Origin: a virus
Direction: 5' to 3' (one strand)
Length of the DNA stretch: 64,000 bases
IMG/VR virus record: IMGVR_UViG_3300037424_001643
Coordinates: 1-64,000 of that record
Position numbers and translations under genes: made by a program. Shown here one piece after another: positions 7,668-14,821 of this stretch (the first letter of the stretch is position 1; every line of letters starts with the position of its first letter). The notes beneath the pieces were generated by a model that did no database searches, had not been told where the DNA came from, and saw nothing but the letters and a program-made list of their open reading frames with translations.

Positions 7668-7697
7668 TTGGACAACGGGCAAAAGCTCGGATACCTT
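7668..7697 (+). promoter_or_regulatory. promoter candidate, TTGGAC-N18-TACCTT
   Basis: It shares GATACCTTCT with the 7952 and 10664 boxes. It lies 17 nt upstream of ATG 7715. Confidence 0.3.
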
Positions 7698-7714
7698 CTT
7701 GACGTCAAAGCTAT

Positions 7715-7942
7715 ATGATACCGCACAAATACACCAATAAAGACAAAGGCCGGTCGGTGGTTTACGAGCACCCCCACGGGGACAGCGTGTCGGCCACAAT
7801 TACGCAAGTGAACCCCAATGGAAACGTCGTGCTCCGATTCGCGGTGCCGTTGCGAGGCATACAGAGTGCGACCGTTTTGCCGACGGACACGGCACGAAGG
7901 TTGACACTGTTTCCGGTCAATTCATACTTTCTGGTTTGCTGA
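7715..7942 (+). CDS. hypothetical protein
   Basis: 75-aa ORF. Confidence 0.6.
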   Translation: MIPHKYTNKDKGRSVVYEHPHGDSVSATITQVNPNGNVVLRFAVPLRGIQSATVLPTDTARRLTLFPVNSYFLVC

Positions 7943-7951
7943 AAAAAGAAT

Positions 7952-7979
7952 TTGACGACGTGTAAACGTGTGATACCTT
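7952..7979 (+). promoter_or_regulatory. promoter/operator cassette, TTGACG-N16-TACCTT (TGA extended -10) with CGTGTAAACG core
   Basis: aaTTTGACGACGTGTAAACGTGTGATACCTTCTGG. The core is at 7960..7967. It lies 41 nt upstream of ATG 8021. Confidence 0.45.
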
Positions 7980-8020
7980 CTGGGTGTCGATAACACTGAA
8001 AACACTAAACCGAAAACAAT

Positions 8021-8476
8021 ATGAGCGAAAATCGAATCATCAATGACTTCACTCCCGAAACTCTCAGCCTTATCAATCGCCTCGTGGCGGCGGGCTTCGT
8101 CATTCACAGCGGCAGCAACGGCGAAGAGCGCTTCAACTTCGACGGCGATACGACGAAGTTTCTTGATAACCTGCTGGCCTGTGACGAGGGCTGGCTTTAT
8201 GTCGTCGCGCCGGGCACGCCGTTCACACCGTCTAATAAGGGGACGGGCAATCTGATTCAGCGGCGGCATTCGTTGTATCTAGTGCTTGGCAACTCGCCCG
8301 GCGAACTGGTCTGTGACCATTCGGAGCATCCGCTTCTTGACGAAGTGACGCGCGCGCACTATGCGGAATGGGACGGCAAGCCGCAGCTTACGACCACGGA
8401 AGCGGAGAAGTATGGTGTGCGCCGTCCGCAGCAGTGCATGGGGCATCTTTTCGTTGAAAACCTGAACGACGCCTGA
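8021..8476 (+). CDS. hypothetical protein
   Basis: 151-aa ORF. Confidence 0.7.
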   Translation: MSENRIINDFTPETLSLINRLVAAGFVIHSGSNGEERFNFDGDTTKFLDNLLACDEGWLYVVAPGTPFTPSNKGTGNLIQRRHSLYLVLGNSPGELVCDHSEHPLLDEVTRAHYAEWDGKPQLTTTEAEKYGVRRPQQCMGHLFVENLNDA

Positions 8477-8478
8477 AT

Positions 8479-8550
8479 ATGAACCTAGTATCGCTGATTG
8501 CCTACGTTGTCTTGGTTGAAGTGGTCATCCTCGCCCTCCTCTTTTTATGA
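8479..8550 (+). CDS. 23-aa hydrophobic micro-ORF (tentative)
   Basis: MNLVSLIAYVVLVEVVILALLFL. Its TGA stop overlaps the ATG at 8547 as ATGA, and it fills an otherwise empty 70-nt gap. Confidence 0.3.
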   Translation: MNLVSLIAYVVLVEVVILALLFL

Positions 8551-9002
8551 AACACATCGGACTGATTAACGGGCTCGACGTGCGTTACGTCGAGCATACA
8601 AACCGCTGGATTCTTGAAGACTCCGCGGGCAAAACTTTGTCGGAGGCTGGCAGTTTGAAAGAGCTTCGAGACTGGGAAGAACAGCAACGACGCAAAGAAG
8701 AGAAAGTGCCCTTCGTGCGCCGCTCCGCGATTCATTACAATCAGCACGGGTATGATTTTGGGGGAGTTCCCGTTGCAGTCTCGGTCACGAGTCAGGACAG
8801 CGGCGGGGAGTTTTGGGTTTCATACTCAAAGCCGGGCGAGGCACGGGCACGCCGGTCAAGGGTGCCTGCCAAGTTTCTGTTCGACCACACGCCGGAGAAC
8901 CTTCAAATGGTTGCCGCATCGGCAGAGGACCGGAAGGCCGGGGAAGCATTGATTTTGGCGGCGGCGAACAGGTTGAAATCCTTGCACCCTTTCAAGGTTT
9001 GA
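8547..9002 (+). CDS. hypothetical protein
   Basis: 151-aa ORF. Confidence 0.7.
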   Translation: MKHIGLINGLDVRYVEHTNRWILEDSAGKTLSEAGSLKELRDWEEQQRRKEEKVPFVRRSAIHYNQHGYDFGGVPVAVSVTSQDSGGEFWVSYSKPGEARARRSRVPAKFLFDHTPENLQMVAASAEDRKAGEALILAAANRLKSLHPFKV

Positions 9003-9003
9003 T

Positions 9004-9032
9004 TTGACAGGCGTGTAAACGTGTGAGAGGCT
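9004..9032 (+). promoter_or_regulatory. promoter/operator cassette, TTGACA-N17-GAGGCT with CGTGTAAACG core, 9 nt before ATG 9042
   Basis: gaTTTGACAGGCGTGTAAACGTGTGAGAGGCTagtggtgttATG. The core is at 9013..9020. Confidence 0.4.
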
Positions 9033-9041
9033 AGTGGTGTT

Positions 9042-9734
9042 ATGAAAATCACTCACGACATTAAAACGGCGCTTTGGTGTGGCCCCGCGGCCATCTCCGC
9101 AGTGACCGGAAGACCGACCTCCGAAATCATGGCGCTAGCCCGGCACTTCACCGGCAAGAAGACCGTGAAGGGTTTGAGCGTTCGCGCACTGCGGCAGGTG
9201 TTGAACGCGCTGGGCTATCGCACCGACGAGATTTTTTCGGCGGGGCTCGAATTCTGCGCGGGCAATCCAAACTGGAAACCGACGCTGGCCAAGTGGACCA
9301 AAGAAAATGCCAAGGCATTTTCCAAGCTGCCGTGCGTCGTGCTGGTGTCTAATCATTACGTCACGGTGAAGGGACGCCAGTTGGTTGACACTTTCACGCC
9401 GGGCTTCGAGCCGGTGCCGCTCAAAAAAGCGCCGTGGCGTCGTGCCCGTGTGGCGAAAGTTCTGCGGGTCGAGAAGACAGAAGGACCGGTCTTCGTTCCG
9501 CCACCGCCGTTCAAACCCGTTGTCGAAACCGCTGGACGTGGCGCGGTGCTGCGGCTCGCTCGACAATACAATATCGAAGTGGACGACCAACAAAAGGAGT
9601 TTGACCAGATTTGGATTTATCCACCCCCGGCGCTTACTGACGGAGCGCTGGACCGTTTCGACGGGGACCATTGCGTCTTCGATTGGGCCGACGCAATGCA
9701 ACGGGTGAAAGGCTACATCTCTGACTTGAAGTAA
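9042..9734 (+). CDS. hypothetical protein, possibly a papain-fold (C39-like) cysteine peptidase
   Basis: N-terminal LWCGPAAISAVTG (a Cys in a CGPAA context) and a later VLVSNHYVTVKG (His) resemble the Cys/His arrangement of C39-like peptidases. This rests on pattern only. Confidence 0.35.
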   Translation: MKITHDIKTALWCGPAAISAVTGRPTSEIMALARHFTGKKTVKGLSVRALRQVLNALGYRTDEIFSAGLEFCAGNPNWKPTLAKWTKENAKAFSKLPCVVLVSNHYVTVKGRQLVDTFTPGFEPVPLKKAPWRRARVAKVLRVEKTEGPVFVPPPPFKPVVETAGRGAVLRLARQYNIEVDDQQKEFDQIWIYPPPALTDGALDRFDGDHCVFDWADAMQRVKGYISDLK

Positions 9735-9775
9735 TTTTCGGTGATAGTGCGCAACAACCAAACCAAAGAAAGAAC

Positions 9776-10096
9776 ATGAAAAAACTACTGATAGCGCTGG
9801 CCCTGAGCTTGGCCAGTCTCACAACACAGGCCCGCAACGTAACGCTGGCATGGGACGCGGAACCCGACGCCAAGGTCATCGCCTACACAGTGACCTATTT
9901 CCAAGAGGGCGCTGGCACAAGCCAGACGGTCACGGTCGGGCCGACGGAGCGGCAGGCTAACATCACGGTCACGGCAGGCCAATGGAGTGCCTACGTCGTC
10001 GCAGTGGGCAATACCGGGTTGCCCAGTGACCCGTCGAACGTCGTGGATATATTCATCCCGATTCCCCCCGCAAATCTACGGATTGTCGTAGAGTAA
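9776..10096 (+). CDS. secreted FN3-like (Ig-like beta-sandwich) protein
   Basis: Signal peptide MKKLLIALALSLASLTTQA, followed by the LAWDA...VIAYTVTYF...VTAGQWSAYVVAV pattern typical of fibronectin type III domains. Confidence 0.5.
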   Translation: MKKLLIALALSLASLTTQARNVTLAWDAEPDAKVIAYTVTYFQEGAGTSQTVTVGPTERQANITVTAGQWSAYVVAVGNTGLPSDPSNVVDIFIPIPPANLRIVVE

Positions 10097-10104
10097 AAAA
10101 ACAG

Positions 10105-10137
10105 CACGGGGCACTTGACGGATTCAGGTGCCCCGTG
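10105..10137 (+). terminator. 10-bp GC-rich hairpin after the FN3 gene (weak T tract)
   Basis: CACGGGGCAC (10105..10114) pairs with GTGCCCCGTG (10128..10137). An A-run precedes it and no strong U-run follows. The loop carries TTGACG. Confidence 0.35.
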
Positions 10138-10143
10138 TATCTT
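10115..10143 (+). promoter_or_regulatory. promoter candidate, TTGACG-N17-TATCTT, 6 nt before ATG 10150
   Basis: The -35 element lies in the hairpin loop. The -10 box TATCTTCTGG resembles TACCTTCTG of the other boxes. Confidence 0.35.
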
Positions 10144-10149
10144 CTGGAC

Positions 10150-10677
10150 ATGTCGAACCTCACTGATAACGCCGCCGAAGTCGGAAAGCACAAGTTTGAA
10201 CTGGCGGGGCTCGGGCTCGCGCCGTTCCGATTCGTCAGGGTGTCGGATAACGTGATTACCTATCCAGACGGCACCCAGAAGGCCGGGGGCTCGTGCGACT
10301 ACTGCGGGACCGGCATCCGCACGGAATGCCAGATTGTCAGCGCGGACGGCAAGCGCTCCAAGGTCGGATGCAACTGTATCGAGAAGGTCGGGGACGCGGG
10401 ATTGCTCAAGGCATATAAGACCAGCCCGGAGTTTCGCAAAGCGCTTCGCGAGAAGACGGCCAAGAAGAACGCCGCGGTATTCGAGGAACTCAAGGCACTG
10501 GTGGAGAAGTTGCAGCCGGTGCTCGCCACTCAGCCGCATCCGCGCGGTTTCCGGGATTTCAAAACGGGCGAGCGGTTGACCGCGTTCGACTCAGTGAAAT
10601 GGCTTTTTGAGAACTCAGGAGCATCGGGCCGGGCGAGTCTTTTGAGGGCGCTGAAGAAACAATTTGACGGCGTGTAA
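10150..10677 (+). CDS. hypothetical Cys-cluster (putative zinc-binding) protein
   Basis: MSNLTDNAAEV... with CDYCGTGIRTEC...VGCNC. The track's GTG start at 10135 lies inside the promoter box. Confidence 0.65.
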   Translation: MSNLTDNAAEVGKHKFELAGLGLAPFRFVRVSDNVITYPDGTQKAGGSCDYCGTGIRTECQIVSADGKRSKVGCNCIEKVGDAGLLKAYKTSPEFRKALREKTAKKNAAVFEELKALVEKLQPVLATQPHPRGFRDFKTGERLTAFDSVKWLFENSGASGRASLLRALKKQFDGV

Positions 10678-10692
10678 ACCTTGAACTACCTT
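10664..10692 (+). promoter_or_regulatory. promoter/operator cassette, TTGACG-N17-TACCTT with CGTGTAAAC core, 5 nt before ATG 10698
   Basis: aaTTTGACGGCGTGTAAACCTTGAACTACCTTctgtgATG. The stop TAA of the upstream ORF is the TAA inside GTGTAAAC (10675..10677). Confidence 0.4.
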
Positions 10693-10697
10693 CTGTG

Positions 10698-10919
10698 ATG
10701 TCAAACAAGCCCACACTCGAAGCCCTGAAGTCAGAAGTTGTCCGCGCGGGCTTCACCCTCTCGGCGGGGGCGTGGGAAGACGAACATGCGATTTACGCCG
10801 CTTCGGCTGAAGCAGTTCCCGGTTGCTATGGTCATCCGAAGTTCGAGGCGACATTCTGCAAGCGCACCGGCTGGCTTAGGCTGGGAAAACGACCGGCAAT
10901 TAAATTCACGGAAGCATGA
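10698..10919 (+). CDS. hypothetical protein
   Basis: MSNKPTLEALKSEVVRAGF... The track lists a GTG one codon upstream at 10695. Confidence 0.6.
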   Translation: MSNKPTLEALKSEVVRAGFTLSAGAWEDEHAIYAASAEAVPGCYGHPKFEATFCKRTGWLRLGKRPAIKFTEA

Positions 10920-11188
10920 GCGCGCTGACCCGAAACTACTTTGACACGCTAGCCGAGACTCGCGAGGAGATTGCGCGACGATTGACCGACGCCAAGGCCG
11001 TGCTGCGCGACCCAGAATTTTTTTCTGACTGTTTCAAGTCCTTCCGTTCGGGGGTGCTCCCCGGCGAGACGGTGCGCGCGTGTGCGCCGCTATGGGAATA
11101 CAGGGGACACCCGACGCGCAAACACGCGACGGCGGTAATCTTTCGGATGGAGTCGGGAAAATACGAGCTTACTTTTTACGTGTTATGA
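10916..11188 (+). CDS. hypothetical protein
   Basis: 90-aa ORF with an ATGA overlap. Confidence 0.65.
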   Translation: MSALTRNYFDTLAETREEIARRLTDAKAVLRDPEFFSDCFKSFRSGVLPGETVRACAPLWEYRGHPTRKHATAVIFRMESGKYELTFYVL

Positions 11189-11406
11189 TTGGATTTTTAG
11201 AGGCGGTAGTATTCGCATTGTTCCTGAAATCGGCGGCAAAAGACTTCGTGGCCGACGGGCTGGCGTTGGACCGGGAAAGAGCGGAAGAGAAAAAGCGCCG
11301 GGAAGGTGTGCCGCCTTCTCCCCCGGTCGCAAAGATTCCAGTCACGCCCCCGACGTGGGAAGTCTGGAAAGGCGGGCGATGGGTCACGGAAAGGGTATCG
11401 CCATGA
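11185..11406 (+). CDS. small membrane-anchored hypothetical protein
   Basis: The ATG at 11185 forms an ATGA overlap. MIGFLEAVVFALFLKSAA is hydrophobic at the N-terminus. Confidence 0.55.
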   Translation: MIGFLEAVVFALFLKSAAKDFVADGLALDRERAEEKKRREGVPPSPPVAKIPVTPPTWEVWKGGRWVTERVSP

Positions 11407-11591
11407 GTGACGATTTTTTTATTGAAGAACTGATTGAGATTCAGAACGCCGGGCACGCGTGCCGCTTCGAGCCGTCAGTTCCGCGACTGACTTTTCTCTC
11501 CGATTTCACTACGCCGGACCATGTGCTTTGGTGGAGGGGATTTTACCCCGCGCTCGACAAGATGACCGTTCGATGCGCGATTCCTGAATGA
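11403..11591 (+). CDS. hypothetical protein
   Basis: The ATG at 11403 forms an ATGA overlap. The sequence begins MSDDFFIEELIEIQNAGHACRFEP. Confidence 0.55.
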   Translation: MSDDFFIEELIEIQNAGHACRFEPSVPRLTFLSDFTTPDHVLWWRGFYPALDKMTVRCAIPE

Positions 11592-11647
11592 TTTACTTCT
11601 GCGGGTTTTGACACATCCGCAATCTACAAAAACAAACCCCGAACGAT

Positions 11648-11948
11648 ATGGATAAACCCACCATCCACCAACACACCACTCCCCGCGCGGCGCGACAGGG
11701 CGCAGCCGACGGGGCTTCTTTTTCCGGTTTCAGCAGTCCGGGGGCCGTGATTCAAGCCGCGTGCTACGGCCTTGCCTATGGCATGGGCGCAAAACGCTTC
11801 GCCGAAGGTCAAGATTAACACCAAGGCTGCGCGCAAGCTCATGGCGGCAGCGTGTAAACGATACGGTGTCGTGGGCATTGTCACGGGCCGGTTGACCGAC
11901 TGGCAAAATATCGGCACGTTGACGAAGCGCCAAAAGCGCCGACAATAA
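11648..11948 (+). pseudogene. frameshifted relic resembling the fingers region (motif B) of a bacterial-type family A DNA polymerase
   Basis: Frame 1 (11648..11818): MDKPTIHQHTT...AVIQAACYGLAYGMGAKRFAEGQD*. A second frame continues as KINTKAARKLMAAACKRYGVVGIV... to 11948. Compare Pol I DIHxxTA...RxxAKxxNFGxxYGMSxxxLAxxLxIxxxEAxxxxxxYFxxYPGV. The motif-B lysine is replaced by Q. Confidence 0.4.
11919..11946 (+). promoter_or_regulatory. promoter candidate, TTGACG-N16-GACAAT, 8 nt before ATG 11955
   Basis: Third copy of the TTGACR-N16-GACAAT arrangement. Confidence 0.4.
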
Positions 11949-11954
11949 TTCGAC

Positions 11955-12548
11955 ATGCCAAATCCGCCCGCTAAATCTTCCTCCGGTTCCGTGCCCCCGA
12001 TTGCGACGCTAAAGCGCGCGCTGGTGGCTTTCTACATCATCCCCGACAAGGGGCTCGACTCCGTCGAGACGCCCGTCGTGGGCAATCCTGCCGTCGAGTA
12101 TGCGGCATTGGAGAACGCTATCCTCCGCAAGCACCCCGAGTTTAAGCCCGGTCAGCTTCGGCGACAGGGTTCCGTCGTGGAGCTTCGCGACGCGAACAAC
12201 ACCGGCTTCATCGAATACGGGCCGGGCGCAACCATCCGCCAAATCTTCGAGGGTCTGACCGTGGGGCAAGAGCCCGTGCGCAACATTGGCCGCGTGTTCT
12301 ACGAGGGCTCGCCCTACTTCATCGCGTTGCACTACACCGCCGGGGGCCAAATCAAGATTGTGCTTCAGCCGCGACTCGGCAGCGACTCTGCCATCCGGTT
12401 GCCGGACGTCATCGCGGGCCAGCGGGTCATCGCGGAACTCCCGGCTATCATCACGGAGCTTCTCGGCAACTCGGCGCGGGACATCACATTTCAGCTTCGC
12501 GAGGTCAAGAATCAGGTGGCGACGACCCCGACGGTCAAAACGGCCTAA
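11955..12548 (+). CDS. hypothetical protein
   Basis: 197-aa ORF. Confidence 0.7.
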   Translation: MPNPPAKSSSGSVPPIATLKRALVAFYIIPDKGLDSVETPVVGNPAVEYAALENAILRKHPEFKPGQLRRQGSVVELRDANNTGFIEYGPGATIRQIFEGLTVGQEPVRNIGRVFYEGSPYFIALHYTAGGQIKIVLQPRLGSDSAIRLPDVIAGQRVIAELPAIITELLGNSARDITFQLREVKNQVATTPTVKTA

Positions 12549-12585
12549 ATTGTTACGGGTAAGTAAACACTCACCACGCAGGAAA

Positions 12586-12765
12586 ATGGCAGAAATTGGA
12601 AATTTTTTCGAGACCCCGGTTTTTCGCGGTGCGAAAAATTCGGAATCCGAGAATAGCGTCGGCCTGAAAAAGGCGGACGACAATTTCCACGGCGAACAAT
12701 CGAATTCGCTGCCGCCGTTTGTGCAAGTTCCGGTGAGAGTGCTTTCCCCCGTCTCAAAATTTTGA
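12586..12765 (+). CDS. hypothetical protein (59 aa)
   Basis: MAEIGNFFETPVFRGAKNSESENSVG... This is the tail of the track ORF 12286..12765. The upstream part of that ORF overlaps 11955..12548. Confidence 0.5.
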   Translation: MAEIGNFFETPVFRGAKNSESENSVGLKKADDNFHGEQSNSLPPFVQVPVRVLSPVSKF

Positions 12766-12767
12766 CC

Positions 12768-12974
12768 ATGCTCTTCTGCGTTAACCCAATCTGCCGTTGC
12801 CATGTCGAAGCCCCTGACGGAGTGGACCGGCTGCAATATCGTGAAGCCAACGGAGGAGTTGTCGTCACCGCTCGCCACACGGTCATCGCGTCATCGGAGC
12901 CCGGTGAGAAGAAAGAATTTTTCTTTTGCGACACTTGCGTTAAGGCGGTGGCGATGGTAAACTCTCTCGATTGA
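12768..12974 (+). CDS. small zinc-ribbon-like protein
   Basis: MLFCVNPICRCH...FFFCDTCVKA carries two Cys pairs. The ATG is at 12768, and the track lists a TTG at 12762. Confidence 0.55.
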   Translation: MLFCVNPICRCHVEAPDGVDRLQYREANGGVVVTARHTVIASSEPGEKKEFFFCDTCVKAVAMVNSLD

Positions 12975-13474
12975 ACATGAACGCGGTAGTATTTTTACCT
13001 TTATCTCAGGGCAAGGTGACGACCATTGATGCGTCTGACTTTGAACTAGTCGGTCGTTTCAAATGGTATGCCGCCAAGAGTCGGAATACGTTCTACGCCC
13101 AAAGGACCGTGATTGGCCCCGGAGGCGCACCGACAATCGAGCTTCTACACCGGGCTTTAAGACCGCACTGCAAACAGGTGGACCACCGAGACGGAAACGG
13201 TTTGAACAACACCGGAGAAAACTTGAGGGAGTCGAATTCCAGCCACAACCGGCGAGCAAAGCTGACGAAGAGCGCGGGAAAGTCGAGTAGATTTCGCGGC
13301 GTGCATAAGCCGAAGAATACTTCCAAGTGGCGGGCACAGGTGACATACCTCGGAGAATTGTTTTATGCGGGTCTCTTTTCAGACGAGGAAGAAGCGGCGC
13401 GCGCCTACGACGAATCGGCCCGAGCGTTGGGGTTCTCGGAAGAGGCAATGAATTTTCCGCTTGCAAAAAGTTGA
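12971..13474 (+). CDS. HNH-AP2 homing endonuclease (copy 1, intact)
   Basis: HNH_3-type core VDHRDGNGLNNTGENLRESNSSHN, followed by the AP2 domain SRFRGVHKPKNTSKWRAQVTYLGELFYAGLFSDEEEAARAYDESARALGFSEEAMNFP. Confidence 0.85.
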   Translation: MNMNAVVFLPLSQGKVTTIDASDFELVGRFKWYAAKSRNTFYAQRTVIGPGGAPTIELLHRALRPHCKQVDHRDGNGLNNTGENLRESNSSHNRRAKLTKSAGKSSRFRGVHKPKNTSKWRAQVTYLGELFYAGLFSDEEEAARAYDESARALGFSEEAMNFPLAKS

Positions 13475-13488
13475 TTCTCAGTTACAGT
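13461..13488 (+). promoter_or_regulatory. weak promoter candidate, TTGCAA-N16-TACAGT
   Basis: It overlaps the end of the HNH-AP2 gene and lies 27 nt upstream of ATG 13516. Confidence 0.25.
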
Positions 13489-13515
13489 AAAAACGAACAT
13501 TAAACCCATCAAATT

Positions 13516-13983
13516 ATGTCAGCAAGAAACAAACTGGCCATTAAGAAAATCCGCAAAGAGACCCGCGAACTGAAAAAGGACCGTCCGGCCCTTCATCCGC
13601 ACGCCCCCCTCGACTTCATGGAGCGTCTCGCCCGTCAGGCGAAGGCCGCCCCCATCGAGAAGCTGCTTCGCCTCCGTCGTCGTTCCGTCGTGAAAGCCGC
13701 CGGTCTGTCGAACGCCCTTCGCCGCGCACAGCAGAAGGGTCTTGCTGCTGTCTTCCGGGAACCGTTGCGTCGGGCTTATCGGTTACAGAGCGAACGCGCC
13801 TTGGTGCTTCACGCCGAGATTGAAGCGCGCAAGGAGACCTGCATCAAGTCCCCGTTGCGCTCGTGCGTTCCGCACAAGCAGCGTAACGGGGTGCCAATGC
13901 AGGAAGAACATCCCTCCGGGCTGTCCGGCGAGCATGGCGTCGTGTTGGACGCCATCCATCAAGAATGTCTTCACGGCAACTGA
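13516..13983 (+). CDS. hypothetical basic protein
   Basis: 155-aa ORF, rich in Arg and Lys. Confidence 0.65.
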   Translation: MSARNKLAIKKIRKETRELKKDRPALHPHAPLDFMERLARQAKAAPIEKLLRLRRRSVVKAAGLSNALRRAQQKGLAAVFREPLRRAYRLQSERALVLHAEIEARKETCIKSPLRSCVPHKQRNGVPMQEEHPSGLSGEHGVVLDAIHQECLHGN

Positions 13984-13986
13984 TTT

Positions 13987-14166
13987 ATGAAAGAACAGAT
14001 TCTTGGATTTCTTCTCTTGGCGGGATTCGGTTTGGCCCTCTTGCTTGTGTTCGTCGGGGGCTCCTACCTGGAGGCCAAGACTTACAACCGACTCACGGGG
14101 GCGAAGGTCTCGACGTGGGATGCCATTTGGGTTGACCTGAGGGTTCAAGAGCAGACCTTGAAATGA
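13987..14166 (+). CDS. small single-pass membrane protein (59 aa)
   Basis: MKEQILGFLLLAGFGLALLLVFVGGSYLEAK... Its stop forms an ATGA overlap with ATG 14163. It is below the track cutoff. Confidence 0.5.
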   Translation: MKEQILGFLLLAGFGLALLLVFVGGSYLEAKTYNRLTGAKVSTWDAIWVDLRVQEQTLK

Positions 14167-14624
14167 CCACCGAGGGACATTACGAAGAATTTGGGATTTA
14201 CGCCCCCAACTCAAAAAAATCTATGAGCGAAAATACCACAAAGAAAACTCGGGCACTTCCCCGAGTATGGAAACAAATCAAGCACCTGCAACACGGCGAC
14301 CTGTTTTACCTCGGAAAGATTCTCGTGGCCAAAACGAGTTTCTTTACCGCCCGCGAGTTTGAATTCGATTCATGCCTCGGGCGTCCGTCGCTGACCGGGG
14401 ACGGCCATTTCGTCTGGCCTTGGCGGCGCGTGAAGACGACTCAGCTTGTGCGCGACGCGAAGCCGGGCGGCAAGAGCAGTCAGGACTTGACTATGAGTCG
14501 CGCCACCGAGAACAGTCTCGAAGCGGCACGTTTACACGAAGCGCGCAAAGACGACTGCGGAGTCATCGAAATAAAGTCGGTGCAGCCGAACAGCGACAAC
14601 AACGTCACCGGCCCCACGAGCTAA
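14163..14624 (+). CDS. hypothetical protein
   Basis: 153-aa ORF. Confidence 0.65.
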   Translation: MTTEGHYEEFGIYAPNSKKSMSENTTKKTRALPRVWKQIKHLQHGDLFYLGKILVAKTSFFTAREFEFDSCLGRPSLTGDGHFVWPWRRVKTTQLVRDAKPGGKSSQDLTMSRATENSLEAARLHEARKDDCGVIEIKSVQPNSDNNVTGPTS

Positions 14625-14632
14625 CACAAAAC

Positions 14633-14821
14633 GTGTTCCTGTTCCCTCACTACTGGGTTCCGGTTCTCTACCGTTGGTCGAGTCCGCCTGAAAAGCGCGC
14701 GAACTGGCAACCGTGGCACGATGCGCCTTGGTTCAAGGAGTGGGAACGAATCGCCAAGGAGGGCCAGCAATACAAAGAACCGCGTCCGTTTTTTCCGGAC
14801 GCACCAAAATCAAATGGCTAA
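14633..14821 (+). CDS. Trp-rich small hypothetical protein (GTG start, tentative)
   Basis: VFLFPHYWVPVLYRWSSPPEKRANWQPWHDAPWFKEWERIAKEGQQYKEPRPFFPDAPKSNG. This is the non-overlapping tail of the track ORF 14372..14821. Confidence 0.4.
   Translation: MFLFPHYWVPVLYRWSSPPEKRANWQPWHDAPWFKEWERIAKEGQQYKEPRPFFPDAPKSNG

Noticed and set aside
14372-14821. 149-aa ORF overlapping 14163..14624
   Set aside because: The upstream two thirds overlap a better ORF and are Arg-rich. Only the non-overlapping tail (14633..14821) is kept, and only as tentative.
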